This document shows, in pieces, positions 37,079-49,558 of a DNA stretch of 64,000 bases (positions within the stretch are counted from its first letter, which is position 1; every line of letters starts with the position of its first letter). The notes under the pieces were generated by a model, which searched no databases, had not been told where the DNA came from, and saw nothing but the letters and a program-made list of their open reading frames with translations. This DNA comes from Squalus acanthias (Eukaryota), in the NCBI GenBank assembly GCA_030390025.1, contig CM059432.1, positions 10,602,001 through 10,666,000 on the forward strand. Reading direction: 5' to 3'. Made by a program: the position numbers and the translations under genes.

Positions 37079-37543
37079 TTAAAAAATAAAATTTTAAATG
37101 AGCATTTCTGCCTCTACCACCCTTCAGGCAGTGAGTTCCAGACCCCCACCACCCTCCTACCGTAGATAGAGAGAAACTATTTCCTCTGGTGGGAGAGTCC
37201 AGAACAAGGGGGAGTAAGCTTAAAATTAGAGCCTGGCTGTTCAGGGGTGATGTCAGGGGACATAAATATCTCAATCCGCTTAAACACGATAAACTATGGC
37301 TCTTTAAGATCATTTTCCTCCTTCAATGCAGATCTTACAAATACACTGCAATTAAACGGGTTTTATCTTATTGTGTCAAAGCACAGAAAATCAAGGGGAA
37401 GTGTTGCATTCCATTCATGAGGCCACAAGGGGGTTGGAGGAAAGATTAGTCTGAAAATTGTTAAATACTCTCTGATGAAATTGTAATCCTTAATGCTTAA
37501 TGTCTATTAAACTGCCGTTACATAAAAGCGACTCAAGTAGGTT

Positions 37544-38020
37544 TGTTCCAATGAAGCTCAATGTAAGCTCGAGGAACAGCACCTCATCTTTCTATTAGGC
37601 ACTTTACAGCCTTCTGGACTCAACATCGAGTTCAACAATTTCAGACCATAACCTCGGCCCCTATCTTGTTTTTCTCTCTCTCTCACATGGCAGCTGTCGC
37701 TCATTCTGCCATTTACACTTCATCTAGAGTCATCTTTTGTTTCTTACCTTGTCCCATTACCATCTCCTTTTGCCTTGCACTATCATCCCTTTTGTCTCTT
37801 AATCACTCCTGCCTTCCATCCTATCACAGACCTTCCCTTTTGTTCTTTCCTCCCCTCCCCCCTCTCCCTGCCCCTACACTTGCTTAAAAACCTGTTCCAT
37901 CTCCAACTTTTTCCAGTTCTGACGAAGGGTCGTCGACCTGAAACGTTAACTCTGTTTCTCTCTCTCCACAGATGCTGCCTGGCCTGCTGAGTGTTTCCAG
38001 CATTCTCTGTTTTTATTTTA
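37544..38020 (+). mobile_element. Penelope-like element 3' end
   Basis: CSNEAQCKLEEQHLIFLLGTLQPSGLNIEFNNF; colinear with the copies at 28289 and 34915. Confidence 0.82.
37914..37951 (+). ncRNA. Minimal type I hammerhead ribozyme motif in a Penelope pseudo-LTR
   Basis: AGTT-CTGACGA-A-GGGTC-gtc-GACCT-GAAA-CG-TT-AACT: conserved core, stem II, palindromic AACGTT stem III, and stem I AGTT/AACT. Confidence 0.75.
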
Positions 38021-38099
38021 GGTTTGTTCTGAACCGCGTAACATTATCACAGGCAAGGACATTGGCCATCTTCCACAAAATCTGGCATAGCTTATTTGG

Positions 38100-38580
38100 A
38101 AGGAAAGAAAGACTTGCATTGATATAACGCCTTTCCACAACATCAGGACGTCCCAAAGAGCCTGACAGCCAATGAAGTATTTTTTGAAGTGTGATCACTG
38201 TTGTAATGCAGCCAATTTGCGCACAGCAAACTCCCACAAACAGCAATGTGATAATGGCCAGATCATCTGTTTTTGCGGTGTCGGTTGAGGGATAAATATT
38301 GGCCCCAGGCCACCGAGGATAACCCTACCCCCCCACCCCGGCCAGCTTATCTCCAAAATAATGCCATGGGATCTTTTACGTCCACCTTAGAGGGAAGCCG
38401 GGGCCTCAGTTTTAACATCTCATCCGAAAGACGGCACCTCCAACTAGTGCAGCACTCCCTCAGCACTGCACAGAAGTGTCAGCCTAGGTTATATGCTCAA
38501 GTCTCGTGGAGTGGGACTGTGAACCCACAACCTTCTGTCTCAGAAAGCAAGAGTGCTGCCCTCTGAGCCACAGCTGGCAC
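38100..38580 (-). mobile_element. Near full-length SacSINE1-like DeuSINE
   Basis: Head, Deu core and TTTC tail are all recognisable. Confidence 0.87.
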
Positions 38581-38849
38581 CATCAGTCAGGACACACGTG
38601 TCCCTGTTGTTGGGCCAAGGGAGCAGAGTCTCTGAGTACACCACTAATCTAAGAGGTCGTCATTAGACACATAGAGCTATGATACTGGCCACTTTACTTT
38701 CTTTCTTCCCCTTGCCCTCAATCTATTTCTTCCTGTTTATACCAAGACTTATTTGGACTGTGCCTATCCCCATTTCTCTCTCCTCCTGAAATTTTTATTT
38801 TGACCGCATTACCTCTTCTCATAGCTCACCGACTGCTATATTTTTAAGT

Positions 38850-39875
38850 TGTTTTCAGGCTGTTTTTCGGACTGGAGGGAGGTATACAGTGGCGTTCCCC
38901 AAGGTTCAGTACTAGGACCACTGCTGTTTATCATATACATCAATGACTTGAACTTGGGGGCACAGGGCACAATTTTGAAATTTGCAAATGACACGCAACT
39001 TGGAAGTGTAGTAAACAGTGAGGAGGATAGTGATAGACTTTAAGAGAACATAGACAGGCTGGTGGAATGGGCGGACACATGGCAGATGAAATTCAGCACA
39101 GAGATGTGTGAGGCGATACATTTTGGTAGGAAGAATGAGAGCGACCATACACAATAAATGGCACAATTTTGAACCGGGTGCAAGAAGAGAGAGACCTGGG
39201 AGTGTTTGGGCAGAAATCTCTGAAGGTGACAGGACAGGTTAACAAAGTAGTTAATAAAGCATACGGGATCCTGGGCTTTATATATAAAGGCATAGAGTAC
39301 AAAAGCCAGGAAGTTATGCGAAACCCGTATAAAACACTAGTTCAGCACCAGCTGTGTCCAATTCTGGGCACCACACTTTAGGAAGGATGTGAAGGCTTTG
39401 GAGAGGGTGCAGAAGAGATTTACTAGAATGGTACCAGGGATGAGGGATTACAGTTACATGGATAGACTGGAGAAGCTGGGATTGTTCTCCTTGGAGCAGA
39501 GAAAGCTAAGAGGAGATTTGATCGAGGTGTTTAAAATCATGACGGATTTAGATAGGGTAAATAAAGAGAAACTGTTTCCAATGGCTGAAGGGTCGATAAC
39601 GAGGGGGCACAGATTTAACGTGATTGGCAAAAGAACTGGAGGCAACACAAGTGGTTAGGATCTGGAATACACTGCCTGGTAGGGTGGTGGATACAGATTC
39701 AATAGTAGCCTTCAAAAGGGAATTGGATAAATACTTGAAGGAGAAAAAATTGCAGGGATATAGGGAAAGAGCTGGGGGAGGGGGAGTGGGACTAACTGGA
39801 TTGCTCTTCAAACGAGCCGGCATAGACTCGATGGGCCGAATGGCCTCCTTCTGTGCTATACTATTCTGATTCGAT
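38850..39875 (+). mobile_element. CR1 RT-to-3' fragment
   Basis: GVPQGSVLGP...YINDL...FAND; frameshifted. Confidence 0.88.
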
Positions 39876-40443
39876 GATATGGGTAACACTGGCAAGGCTG
39901 CATTTATTGGCCATCTCCAGTTCCCTAAAAAGGTGGTGCTGGGTGTTCTTCTTAAACTGCTGCAGTTCCTGTGACGGTGTTGCTTCCATGTTAGTAGTAG
40001 ATAAAGAATTCCAGGCCATAAACCCAGCAACAGTGAAGGAACAGTAGTATATGTCCAAGTCAGAATGCTGTGGGACTTGGAAGGAAACATGAAGATGATG
40101 GTGTTCCCGTGACCTTCTTTTCCATCTTGGTGGTAGAGCTTGCAGGGTTGAGAGGAGCTGTTCAAGCAATCTCCGTAAGTTGCTGCAGTGCATCTTGTAG
40201 ATGGTACTTACTGCAGCCACAGTGCATCGATGATGAAGGAGGTAGGTATTGTGTCCACTGTCAGGGGCATTGAGCAAGCATACTGCTTCGTCCTTGATGG
40301 TGTTGAGTGCTGTTGCAGTTACACTCAGCCAGGCAAGTGGTGAGCATTCCATCACCTTGAACCTTGTGGAAGGTGGGGAGACTTTGAGGGGCTAGGAGGT
40401 GAGCTGCTTGACACATGGGACTCAGCCTCTGTCCTGCTCATGC
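39876..40443 (-). mobile_element. Older, diverged family-B LINE 3' end
   Basis: ORF 39861-40355 is a diverged version of the family-B C-terminus (IYKMHCSN, WNSL, HHLF). Confidence 0.75.
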
Positions 40444-40544
40444 AATCATAGAATCTTATAGCACAGAAGGAGGCCATTCAGCTCATTGTGTCTGTGCTGG
40501 CTCTTTGAAAGAGCTCTCCAATTATTCCCGCTCCCCCTGCTCTT

Positions 40545-42492
40545 TCCACTGCCAGGAGCAGCACCAGGCGTACCTAAAAATGAGGTGCCAACCTGGGGAA
40601 GCTGCAACGCAGGACTAAATGCATACAGCATGCTATAGACAGAGCTAAGCGAACCCACAACCAACGGACCAGATCAAAGCTCTGCAGTCCTGCCACATCC
40701 AGTCGTGAATGGTGGTGAACAATTAAACAACTAAATGGATGAGAAGGCTCCATGAATATCCCCATCCTCAATGATGGCTGAGCCCAGCACGCGAGTGCAA
40801 AAGACAAGGCTGAAGCATTTGCAACCATCTTCAGCCAGAAGTGCCGAGTGGATGATCCATATCGGCCTACTCCTGAGGTCCCCGCCATCACAGAAGCCAG
40901 TCTTCAGCCAATTCGATTCACTCCACGTGATATCAAGAAACGGCTGAGCGCACTGGATATAGCAAAGGCTATGGGCCCCGACAACATCCCGGCTATTGTG
41001 CTAAAGACTTGTGCTCCAAAACTAGCCGCGCCTCTAGCCAAGCTGTTCCAGTACAGCTGCAACATTGGCTTCTATCCGACAATGTGGAAAATTGTCCCGG
41101 TATGTCCTGTCCACAAAAAACAGGACAAATCCAATCCAGTCAATTACCACCCCATCAGTCTACTCTCAATCATCAGCATGAAAGATGTCATCGACAGTGC
41201 TATCAAGCGACACTTACTCACCAATAACCTGCTCACCGATGCTCAGTTTGGGTTCCACCAGGACCACTCGGCTCCCGACCTCATTACAGCCTCGGTCCAA
41301 AAATGGACTGAATTCCAGAGGTGAGGTGAGAGTGACTGCCCTTGACATCAAGGCAGCATTTGACTGAGTGTATCATCAAGGAGCCCTAGTAAAACTGAAG
41401 TCAATGGGAATCGGGGGGAAAACTCTCCATTGGCTGGAGTCATACCTAGCACAAAGGAAGATGGCTGTGGTGGTTGGAAGCCAATCATCACATCCCGAGG
41501 ACATCGCGGCAGGAGTTCCTCAGGGCAGTGTCCTTGGCCCAACCACCTTCAGCTGCTTCATCAATGACCTTCCCTCCATCATAAGGTCAGAAGTGGGGAT
41601 GTTCACTGATGACTGCACAGTGTTCAGTTCCATTTGCAACTCCTCAGAAAATAAAGCAGTCCATGCCCGCTTGCAGCAAGACCTGCACGACATTCAGGCT
41701 TTGGGCTGATAAGTGGCAAGTAACATTCGCGCCACACAAGTGCCAGGCAATGACTATCTCCAACAAGCAAAAGTCTAACCACCGCCCTTTGACATTCAAT
41801 GACATTACCATCGCCGAATCCCCCAGCATCAACATCCTGGTGATCACCATTAACCAATAACTTAACTGGATCAGCCACATAAATACTGTGTCTACAAGAG
41901 CAGGTCAGAGGCTGGGTATTCTGTGGTGACTCCCCAAAGCCTTTCCACCATCTACAAGGCACAAGTCAGGAGTGTGATGGAATACTCTCCACTTGCCTGG
42001 ATGAGTGCAGCTCCAACAGCACTCAAGAAGCTCGACACCATCCAGGACAAAGCAGCCCGCCTGATTAGCTCCCCATCCACTACCTTAAACATTCACTCCC
42101 TCCACCACCGGCACACCATGGCTGCAGTGTGTACCATCTACAAGATGCACTGCAGCAACTCGCCAAGGCTTCTTCGACAACATCTCCCAAACCCGTGGCC
42201 TCTACCACCTAAAAGTCCAAGGGCAGCAGGCGCATGGGAACACCACCACCTCCAAGTTCCCCTCCAAGTCACACACCATTCTGACTTAGAAGTATATTAC
42301 CGATCATTCAGTCGCTGGGTCAAAATCCTAGAACTCCCTCCCTAACAGCACTGTGGGAGTACCTTCACCACACAGACTGCAGCGGTTCAAGAAGGCGGTT
42401 CACCACCACCTTCTCAAGGGCAATTAGGGATGGGCAATAAATGCTGGCCTTGCCAGCGACGCCCACATCCCAGGAACGAATAACAAAAAAAG
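40545..42492 (+). mobile_element. Family-B LINE, about 1.9 kb, degenerate RT to 3' end
   Basis: KAMGPDNIP, NYHPISLLS, ALDIKAAFD, GVPQGSVLGP, FINDL, FTDD; A-rich tail. Confidence 0.9.
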
Positions 42493-43907
42493 GAGTCACC
42501 ACCTTCAAAGGAACATACCCCAGGAGGTGCCACCTTCAGGAAATAAGGGGAGAAAAATTGGGAAGCAGTGTGAAAATTTGCCTCCATGATGTAATTATAT
42601 TTGACACAATTTACATACCTGAGATGTGTTTCACTCTGTCATGTCATGTCGAGGTAAACAGAAAAACATTTTTGTAAACACTTTTCAATGGTACCGAACC
42701 CCATTTAACAAACTGTGTTCTTGTACTATTTAGCAAACCCTCACACAACAAATTAATTGTTTCTTTAACTTGCTTGACAGGTTTTCACTCATTAATTTAT
42801 ATTTGAAAAACAGAGGGTCGTAATTTAGCGCTAAAAGTCAGAGGAAAAGCTAGCGTGACATCCCAGAAAAGGCCTGACTGTAAACTAGGAACACTGGTAC
42901 TTCAGTTAATTCTTGCTACGAGGCCATTATTCAGAGAGGAGGATGAAGAAATATGTGTGATATTTCTGCAGCTGGTGAGTAACCTCAGATGCTTAATCAG
43001 TTAAATTACCGATTGCAGAACACGTCCACGCCACAGTAAGAAACAGAACAGGATCAGAACATCTATTGACTCTGAGGAATAATTTATACTTTTAGTGACT
43101 ACACTTATATTCAACATTTAAAAAATTGGCAAAGTTTTATTTAATATTTTTACAGCAATTGTATGATTTAAAAAATCACTTTTGTTAACTCTGGAAGTTC
43201 CTAACTTATGATTTCCCTTCAATTTACACAGCATCAGGAAAGATGTGGTAAGTGTGTGTTTTAATTAATTTTAAAAAATGAATGTCTCTTACTTAAAACC
43301 ACTGACTCATTGCAGGTTGCCAAGTAACAGAGTGATGGTTATGTGTCTTCCCGTCAATACGTGTCTGCCCTTCATTTGGAACCATGCTGCGTGCCTTTAT
43401 TAATTCCTAAAACAACACAATGCTTATCTCCCTTAAGGCCCCTATAATAAAATTCTGGCAACTCTCATGCATACAGAAAAAGCTGAAATTAAAAGCAATC
43501 TGAATTACTCGAGTAATCTTGTTTAAATTTCTACCGGATTCACCTTCCGATTGTAATGGTTTTATTTTTTTTCCAGGCGCAAAGGAAGATTTCCTCTTTG
43601 CACTGTGCAACACAACTGTAAATCCTTTCATTCTAAAGGACATAGTGCACTGAGGGAATCTTCCACTCCCTCCTCCCCACCACATTCTTTTTATTCAGCT
43701 TTCTCAGTTAAAAACCTAAGCATGTCAACAACAATGACAAAATATTTTTCTTCGCAGTTATAGTTTTGCGACGATGCACTTAAAATTACATAGAATTACA
43801 TAGAATATACAGCAAGGCTATTCGGTCCAACTAGTCTGTGCTGGTATAACAACAGAAAACGCTGGAAAAACTCAGCAGGCCAGGCAACATCCGTGGAGAG
43901 AGAAAGA

Positions 43908-43946
43908 GAGTTAACGTTTCAGGTCGATGACCTTTCATCAGAACTG
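43908..43946 (-). ncRNA. Minimal hammerhead ribozyme motif, minus-strand arm
   Basis: Minus strand reads CAGTT-CTGATGA-A-AGGTC-atc-GACCT-GAAA-CGTT-AACT. Confidence 0.75.
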
Positions 43947-43948
43947 AT

Positions 43949-43984
43949 GTTCTGATGAAAGGTCATCGACCTGAAACGTTAACT
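43949..43984 (+). ncRNA. Minimal hammerhead ribozyme motif, plus-strand arm
   Basis: GTT-CTGATGA-A-AGGTC-atc-GACCT-GAAA-CGTT-AACT. Confidence 0.72.
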
Positions 43985-44357
43985 CTGTTTCTCTCTCCAC
44001 GGATGCTGCCTGGCCTGCTGAGTTTTTCCAGCGTTTTCTGTTGTTATTTCGGATTTCCAGCATCCGCAGTATTTTGCTATCGTAGTCTGTGCTGGTGTTT
44101 ACACTCCACACGAGTCTCTCCACCCATTCCATCTACCACATCTCAGCCTTTCAGCATACCTTTCTATTCCCTTTTCTCTCATGTACTCGTCTAGTTTCCT
44201 TTTGAAAGTATCTAAGCCATTTGCCTCAACCACTGCCTGTGGTGGCGAGTTCCACATTCTAACCACTCTCTGAGTGAAGAAATTTCTCCTTATTTCCCTA
44301 TTGGATTAATTAGTAACTATCTTGTATTTATGGCCCCTAGTTTTGGATTCTCCAACA

Positions 44358-46540
44358 ATCATAGAATCATAGATTGGTTACAGCACAGAAGGAGGCCATT
44401 CGGCCCGTCGAGCCCGTGCCGGCTCTCTGCAAGAGCACTTCAGCTAGTCCCCCTCCCCCGCCCTTTCCCCGTAGCCCTGCAAATCTTTTCCCCTCAAGTA
44501 CTTATCCAATTCTCTTTTGAAAGCCATGATTGAGTCTGCCTCCACCACTCTTTCAGGCAGTGCATTCCAGATCATAACCACTCGCTGCGTAAAAAAGTTT
44601 TTCCTCAGGTCGCTTTTGGTTCTTCTGCCAATCACCTTAAATCTGTGTCCTCTGCTGGTTCTCGACCCTTCTGCCAATGGGAACAGTTTCTCTCTCTCTA
44701 CTCTGTCCAGACCCCTCATGATTTTGAACACCTCTATCAAATCTCCTCTCAATCTTCTCTGCTCTTCTCCAGTCTATCCACGTAACTGAAGTCCCTCATC
44801 CCTGGAATCATTCTCGTAAATCTTTTCTGCACCATCTCTAAGGCCTTCACATTCTTCCGAAAGTGCGTTGCCCAGAATTGGACACAATACTCCAGGTGAG
44901 GCCAAACTAGTGTTTTGTAAAGGTTCATCATAACTTCCTTGTTTTTGTACTCTATGCCTCTATTTAGGAAGCCCAGTATCCCGAATGCTTTTTTTAACTG
45001 CATTCTCAACCTGCCCTGTCACCTTCAACAATTTGTGCACTTATACCCCCAGGTCTCTCTGTTCATGCACCCCCTTTCGATTATATTGCCTCTCTTCGTT
45101 CTTCCTAACAAAATGTATCACTTAGCACTTTTTTGCATTAAATTTAATCTGCCACGTGTCCACCAGCCTGTCTATGTCTTCTTGAAGTCTATCACTATCC
45201 TCCTCACTGTTCACTATACCCCAAGTAAAGTGTCATCTGCAAATTTTGAAATTGTGCCCTGTACTCCCAAGTCCAAGTCATTAATATGTATCAAGAAAAG
45301 CAGTCGTCCTAGTACCGACTCCTGGGGAACACCACTGTATACCTTCCTCCAGTCCAAAACACAACCGTTCACCACGACTCTCTGTTTCCTGTCACTTAGC
45401 CAATTTTGTATCCATGCAGCCACTGTCCCTTTTATTCCATGGGCTTCAACTTTACTGGTAAGCCTATTATGTGGCACTATATCAAACGCCTTTTGGAAGT
45501 CCATATACACCACGTCAACCGCATTGCCCTCATCAACCCTCTCTGTTACCTCATCAAAAAACTCGATCAAGTTAGTTAAACACGATTTTCCTTTAACGAA
45601 TCCGTGCTGACTTTCCTTAATTAATCCACACTTGTCCAAGTCACTGTTAACTTTGTCCCTGATTAGCATTTCCAAAAGCTTCCCCACTACCGAGGTTAAA
45701 CTGACTGGCCTGTAGTTGCTGGGTTTATCCTTACACCCTTTTTTGAACAAGGATGTAACATTTGCAATTCTCCAGTCCTCTGCCACCACCCCGTATCTAA
45801 GGAGGATTGGAAGATTACAGCCAGTACCTCCGTGATTTCCTCCTTAACGTCCCTCAGCATCCTAGGATGCATCCCATCCGGTCCTGGTGACTTATCAACT
45901 TTAAGTTCAGACAGCCTTTCTAGTACCTCCTCTTTATCAATTTTTATCTCATCCAGTAACTCCACTACCTCCTCTTTCACAATGACTTTGGCAGCATCTT
46001 CTTCCTTGGTGAAGACAAATGCAAAGTATTCATTTAGAACCTCAGCCATACCCTCTGCCTCCGTGTGTAGGTCTCCTTTTTGGTCCCTAATTGGCCCCAC
46101 CCCTCCTCTTACTGCCCGTTTATTATTTGTATGCCTATAGAAGACTTTTGAATTCCCTTTTATGTTGGCTGCCAATCTATTCTCGTACTCCCTCTTTGCC
46201 CCTCTTATTTTCTTTTTCTCTGCCCCTCTGAACTTTCTATATTCAGCCTGATTCTCACTAGTATTCTCAACCTGACATCTGTCATACTTGCTCTTTTTCT
46301 GCTTCATCTGACTCTCTATCTCGTTCATCATCCTGGGAGCTCTGGCTTTAGTTGCCCTGTATTTCCCTCTTGTGGGAATGTACCTTGACTGTACCTGAAC
46401 CATCTTCTCTTTAAAGGCAGCCCATTGTTCGATTACAGTTCTGCCTGCCAGACTTTGATTCCAATTTACCCGGGCCAGATCCGTTCTCAACCCACTGAAA
46501 TTTGCCTTCCTCCAATTAAGTATTTTTACTCTAGATTGCA
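44358..46540 (-). mobile_element. CR1 LINE, about 2.2 kb, degenerate ORF2 to 3' end
   Basis: ORFs 45696-46595, 45214-45789 (YMDFQKAFD, FADD), 44749-45009 and 44444-44752. Confidence 0.9.
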
Positions 46541-46767
46541 CAAGTGGAAACATTCTCTTCACATCCACCCTGTCCTGCACTGGAAGAGTTGGCATATCCC
46601 TGTCCCTTTAAAGCTCTGTCATGAAGTTACCCGAGACACGTGTATTCTTTCAACTTCGTCACAAAGCTTTTGTGAACCTGGTGGAGGGAGTGAATGTTTC
46701 CATATCGTTTCCATTTGTCGATTTTATTTTCAGTGCCACACTTAGTCACAGCAATTTTGAATAATGA

Positions 46768-47682
46768 TTTTTTTTTAATTCATTTATGGGATGTGAGCGT
46801 CACTGCCAAGGCCAGCATTTATTGCCCATCCCTAATTACCCTTGAGAAGGTGGTGGTGAGCCACCTTCTTGAACCGCTGCAGTCCATGTGGTGAAGGTAC
46901 TCCCACAGTGCTGTTAGGGAGGGAGTTCCAGCATTTTGACCCAGTAACGATGAAGGATCAGCGATATACTTCCAAGTCAGGATGGTGTGTGACTTGGAGG
47001 GGAACTTGGAGGTGGTGGTATTCCCATGTGCCTGCTGCCCTTGTCCTTCTAGGTGGAAGAGGTCGCGGGTTTGGGTGGTGCTGCCGAAGAAGCCTTGGCA
47101 AGTTGCTACAGTGCATCTTGTAGACGGAACACACTGCAGACACGGTACGCCAGTGATGGAGGGAGTGAATGTTTAAGGTGGTCGATGGGGTGCCAATCAA
47201 GCGGGCTGCTTTGTCCTGGATGGTGTTGAGCTTCTTGAGTGTTGTTGGAGCTGCACTCATCCAGGCAGGTGGAGAGTATTCCATCACACTCCTTACTTGT
47301 GCCTTGTAGATAGTGGAAAGGCTTTGGGGAGTCAGGAAGTGAGTGGTCCAGTTAAGTTTCAATGGTGCCACCCAGGATGTTGATGGTGGGGGATTCGGCG
47401 ATGGTATTGCCATTGAATGTCAAAGGGCGGTGGTTAGACTCTTGCTTGTTGGAGGTAGTCATTGCCTGGCACTTCTGTGGCGCAAATGTTACCTGCCACT
47501 TATCAGCCCAAGCCTGAATGTCATCCAGGTCTTGTTGCATGTGGGCATGGACAGCTTCATTATCTGAGGAGTTGTGAATGGCACTGAACACTGTGCAGTC
47601 ATCAGTGAACATCCCCACTTCTGACCTTATGTTGGAGGGAAGGTCATTGATGAAGCAGCTGAAGATGGTTGGGCCTAGGACA
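46768..47682 (-). mobile_element. Family-B LINE fragment
   Basis: VLGPTIFSCFINDLPS...FTDD, the C-terminus and the 3' UTR. Confidence 0.88.
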
Positions 47683-48549
47683 TGCTGCTTCTGCTTTTTA
47701 TAAAGGAGCTTCCTGCAGAGATCCACATATTTTACAGAAACGCAAACAGTATGTGAATATAAATGAAAAACCAACATATGAAAGAGAGAATGAGCTGTTG
47801 TGATTTTAAAACTGGTACATTACAGGATAAACAGTGGAAGCAGCATGCTATAGACAGGGCTAAGCGATCCCACAACCACCGATCGGATCAAAGCTCTGCA
47901 GTCCTGCCACATCCAGTCGTGAATGATGGTGGATCATTAAACAACTAACGGGAGGAGGAGGCTCCATGAATATCCACATCCTCAATGAAGGCAGAGCCCA
48001 GCACGTGAGTGCAAAAGACAAGGCTGAAGCGTTTGCAACCATCATCAGCCAGAAGTGCTGATTGGATGATCCATTCTCGACACCGTCCAGGACAAAGCAG
48101 CCCACTTGATTGGCACCCAACCACCACCTTAAACATTCACTCCCTCCACCAGCGGTGCACCGTGGCTGCAGTGTGTACCATCTACAAGATACACTGCAGC
48201 ACCTCCCAAACCCACGACCTCTACCACCTAGAAGGACAAGGGCAGCAGGCACATGGGAACACTACCACCTCCACCTTCCCCTCCAAGTTGCCGACCATCC
48301 TAACTTGGAAATATATTGCTGTTCCTTCATCGTCACTGGGTCAAAATCCTGGAACTCCCACCAGGCAGGAAGTGAATGGGTAACCACCAGGCAGAGTAAG
48401 AGGTGCAGGCAGGTAGTGCAGGGGTCCCCTGTGGCCATCCCCCTCTCAAACAGATATACCACTTTGGATGCTGTTGGGGGGGATGACTTATCAGGGGAAG
48501 GCAGCAGCAGCCAACTTCCTGGTACCATGGGTGGCTCTGCTGCACAGGA

Positions 48550-49077
48550 TTGAGGAAAAAGTGTGGAAGAGCTATAATGATAGGGGATTCAATTGTAAGG
48601 GGAATAGGTAGGCGTTTCTGCGGCCGCAAACGAGACTCCAGGATGGTGTGTTGCCTCCCTGGTGCAAGGGTCAAGGACGTCTCGGAGCGGCTACAGAACA
48701 TTTTGGAGGGGGAGGGCGAACAGCCAGTTGTTGTGGTGCACATAAGCATCAACGATATAGGTAAAAAACGGGATGAGGTCCTAAAAGCAGAATATAGGGA
48801 GTTAGGAGGTAAATTAAAAAATAGGACCTCAAAGGTAGTAATCTCAGGATTGCTACCAGTGCCATGTGCTAGTCAGAGTAGAAATGGGAGGATATTTCAA
48901 ATGAATACGTGGCTAGAGGAATGGTGCAAGGGGGAGGGATTCAAATTCCTTGGACATTGGAACCGGTTCTGGGGGAGGTGGGACCAGTACAAACGGGACG
49001 GTCTGCACCTGGGCAGGGCCGGGACCGATGTCCTAGGGGGAGTGTTTGCTAGTGCTGTTGAGGAGGGTTTAAACTAA
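48550..49077 (+). CDS. CR1 ORF1 C-terminal SGNH/GDSL esterase domain (partial)
   Basis: IGDSIVR (block I), LPGA (block II), HISIND (block III, usually GxND) and DGLH (block V). Confidence 0.85.
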   Translation: MRKKCGRAIMIGDSIVRGIGRRFCGRKRDSRMVCCLPGARVKDVSERLQNILEGEGEQPVVVVHISINDIGKKRDEVLKAEYRELGGKLKNRTSKVVISGLLPVPCASQSRNGRIFQMNTWLEEWCKGEGFKFLGHWNRFWGRWDQYKRDGLHLGRAGTDVLGGVFASAVEEGLN

Positions 49078-49558
49078 AGTGGCATGGGGTTGGGAACCTG
49101 AGCAGGGAGACAAAGGAAAGGGAAACAAGGATAAAAGCAAAAGACAGGAAGGTGAAAAAGAAAAGTAGAAGGCAAAGAACTCAACAGGTTAAATCAAACA
49201 TGGTCACAGTAAATAATAATTCATATAGGTCTGAGAGCGTTAAAAAAACAAGCCTAAAGGCTTTGTGTCTTAATGCAAGGAGCATTCGGAACAAGGTGGA
49301 TGAATTAGCTGCGCAAATAGTGGTAAATGAATAAGATTTGATTGGGATTACAGAAACATGGCTCCAGGGTGGCCAAGGCTGGGAACTCAACATCCAGGGT
49401 TATTCAATATTTAGGAAAGATAGGCAAAAAAGAAAGGGAGGTGGGGTAGCATTGCTGGTTAAAGAGGGGATTAACACAATGAAAGGAAGGATATTAGCGC
49501 TGATGATGCGGAATCTGTATGGGTAGAACTGAGAAATAACAAGGGGCAGAAAACGTTA

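Larger units (their letters stand above)
43846..44082. mobile_element. Fold-back Penelope pseudo-LTR insertion (237 bp) inside an old CR1 tail
   Basis: 99-bp inverted arms at 43846-43944 and 43949-44047 (2 mismatches), a 35-bp unpaired tail, and a 14-bp TSD TAGTCTGTGCTGGT (43832-43845, 44083-44096). Confidence 0.88.
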
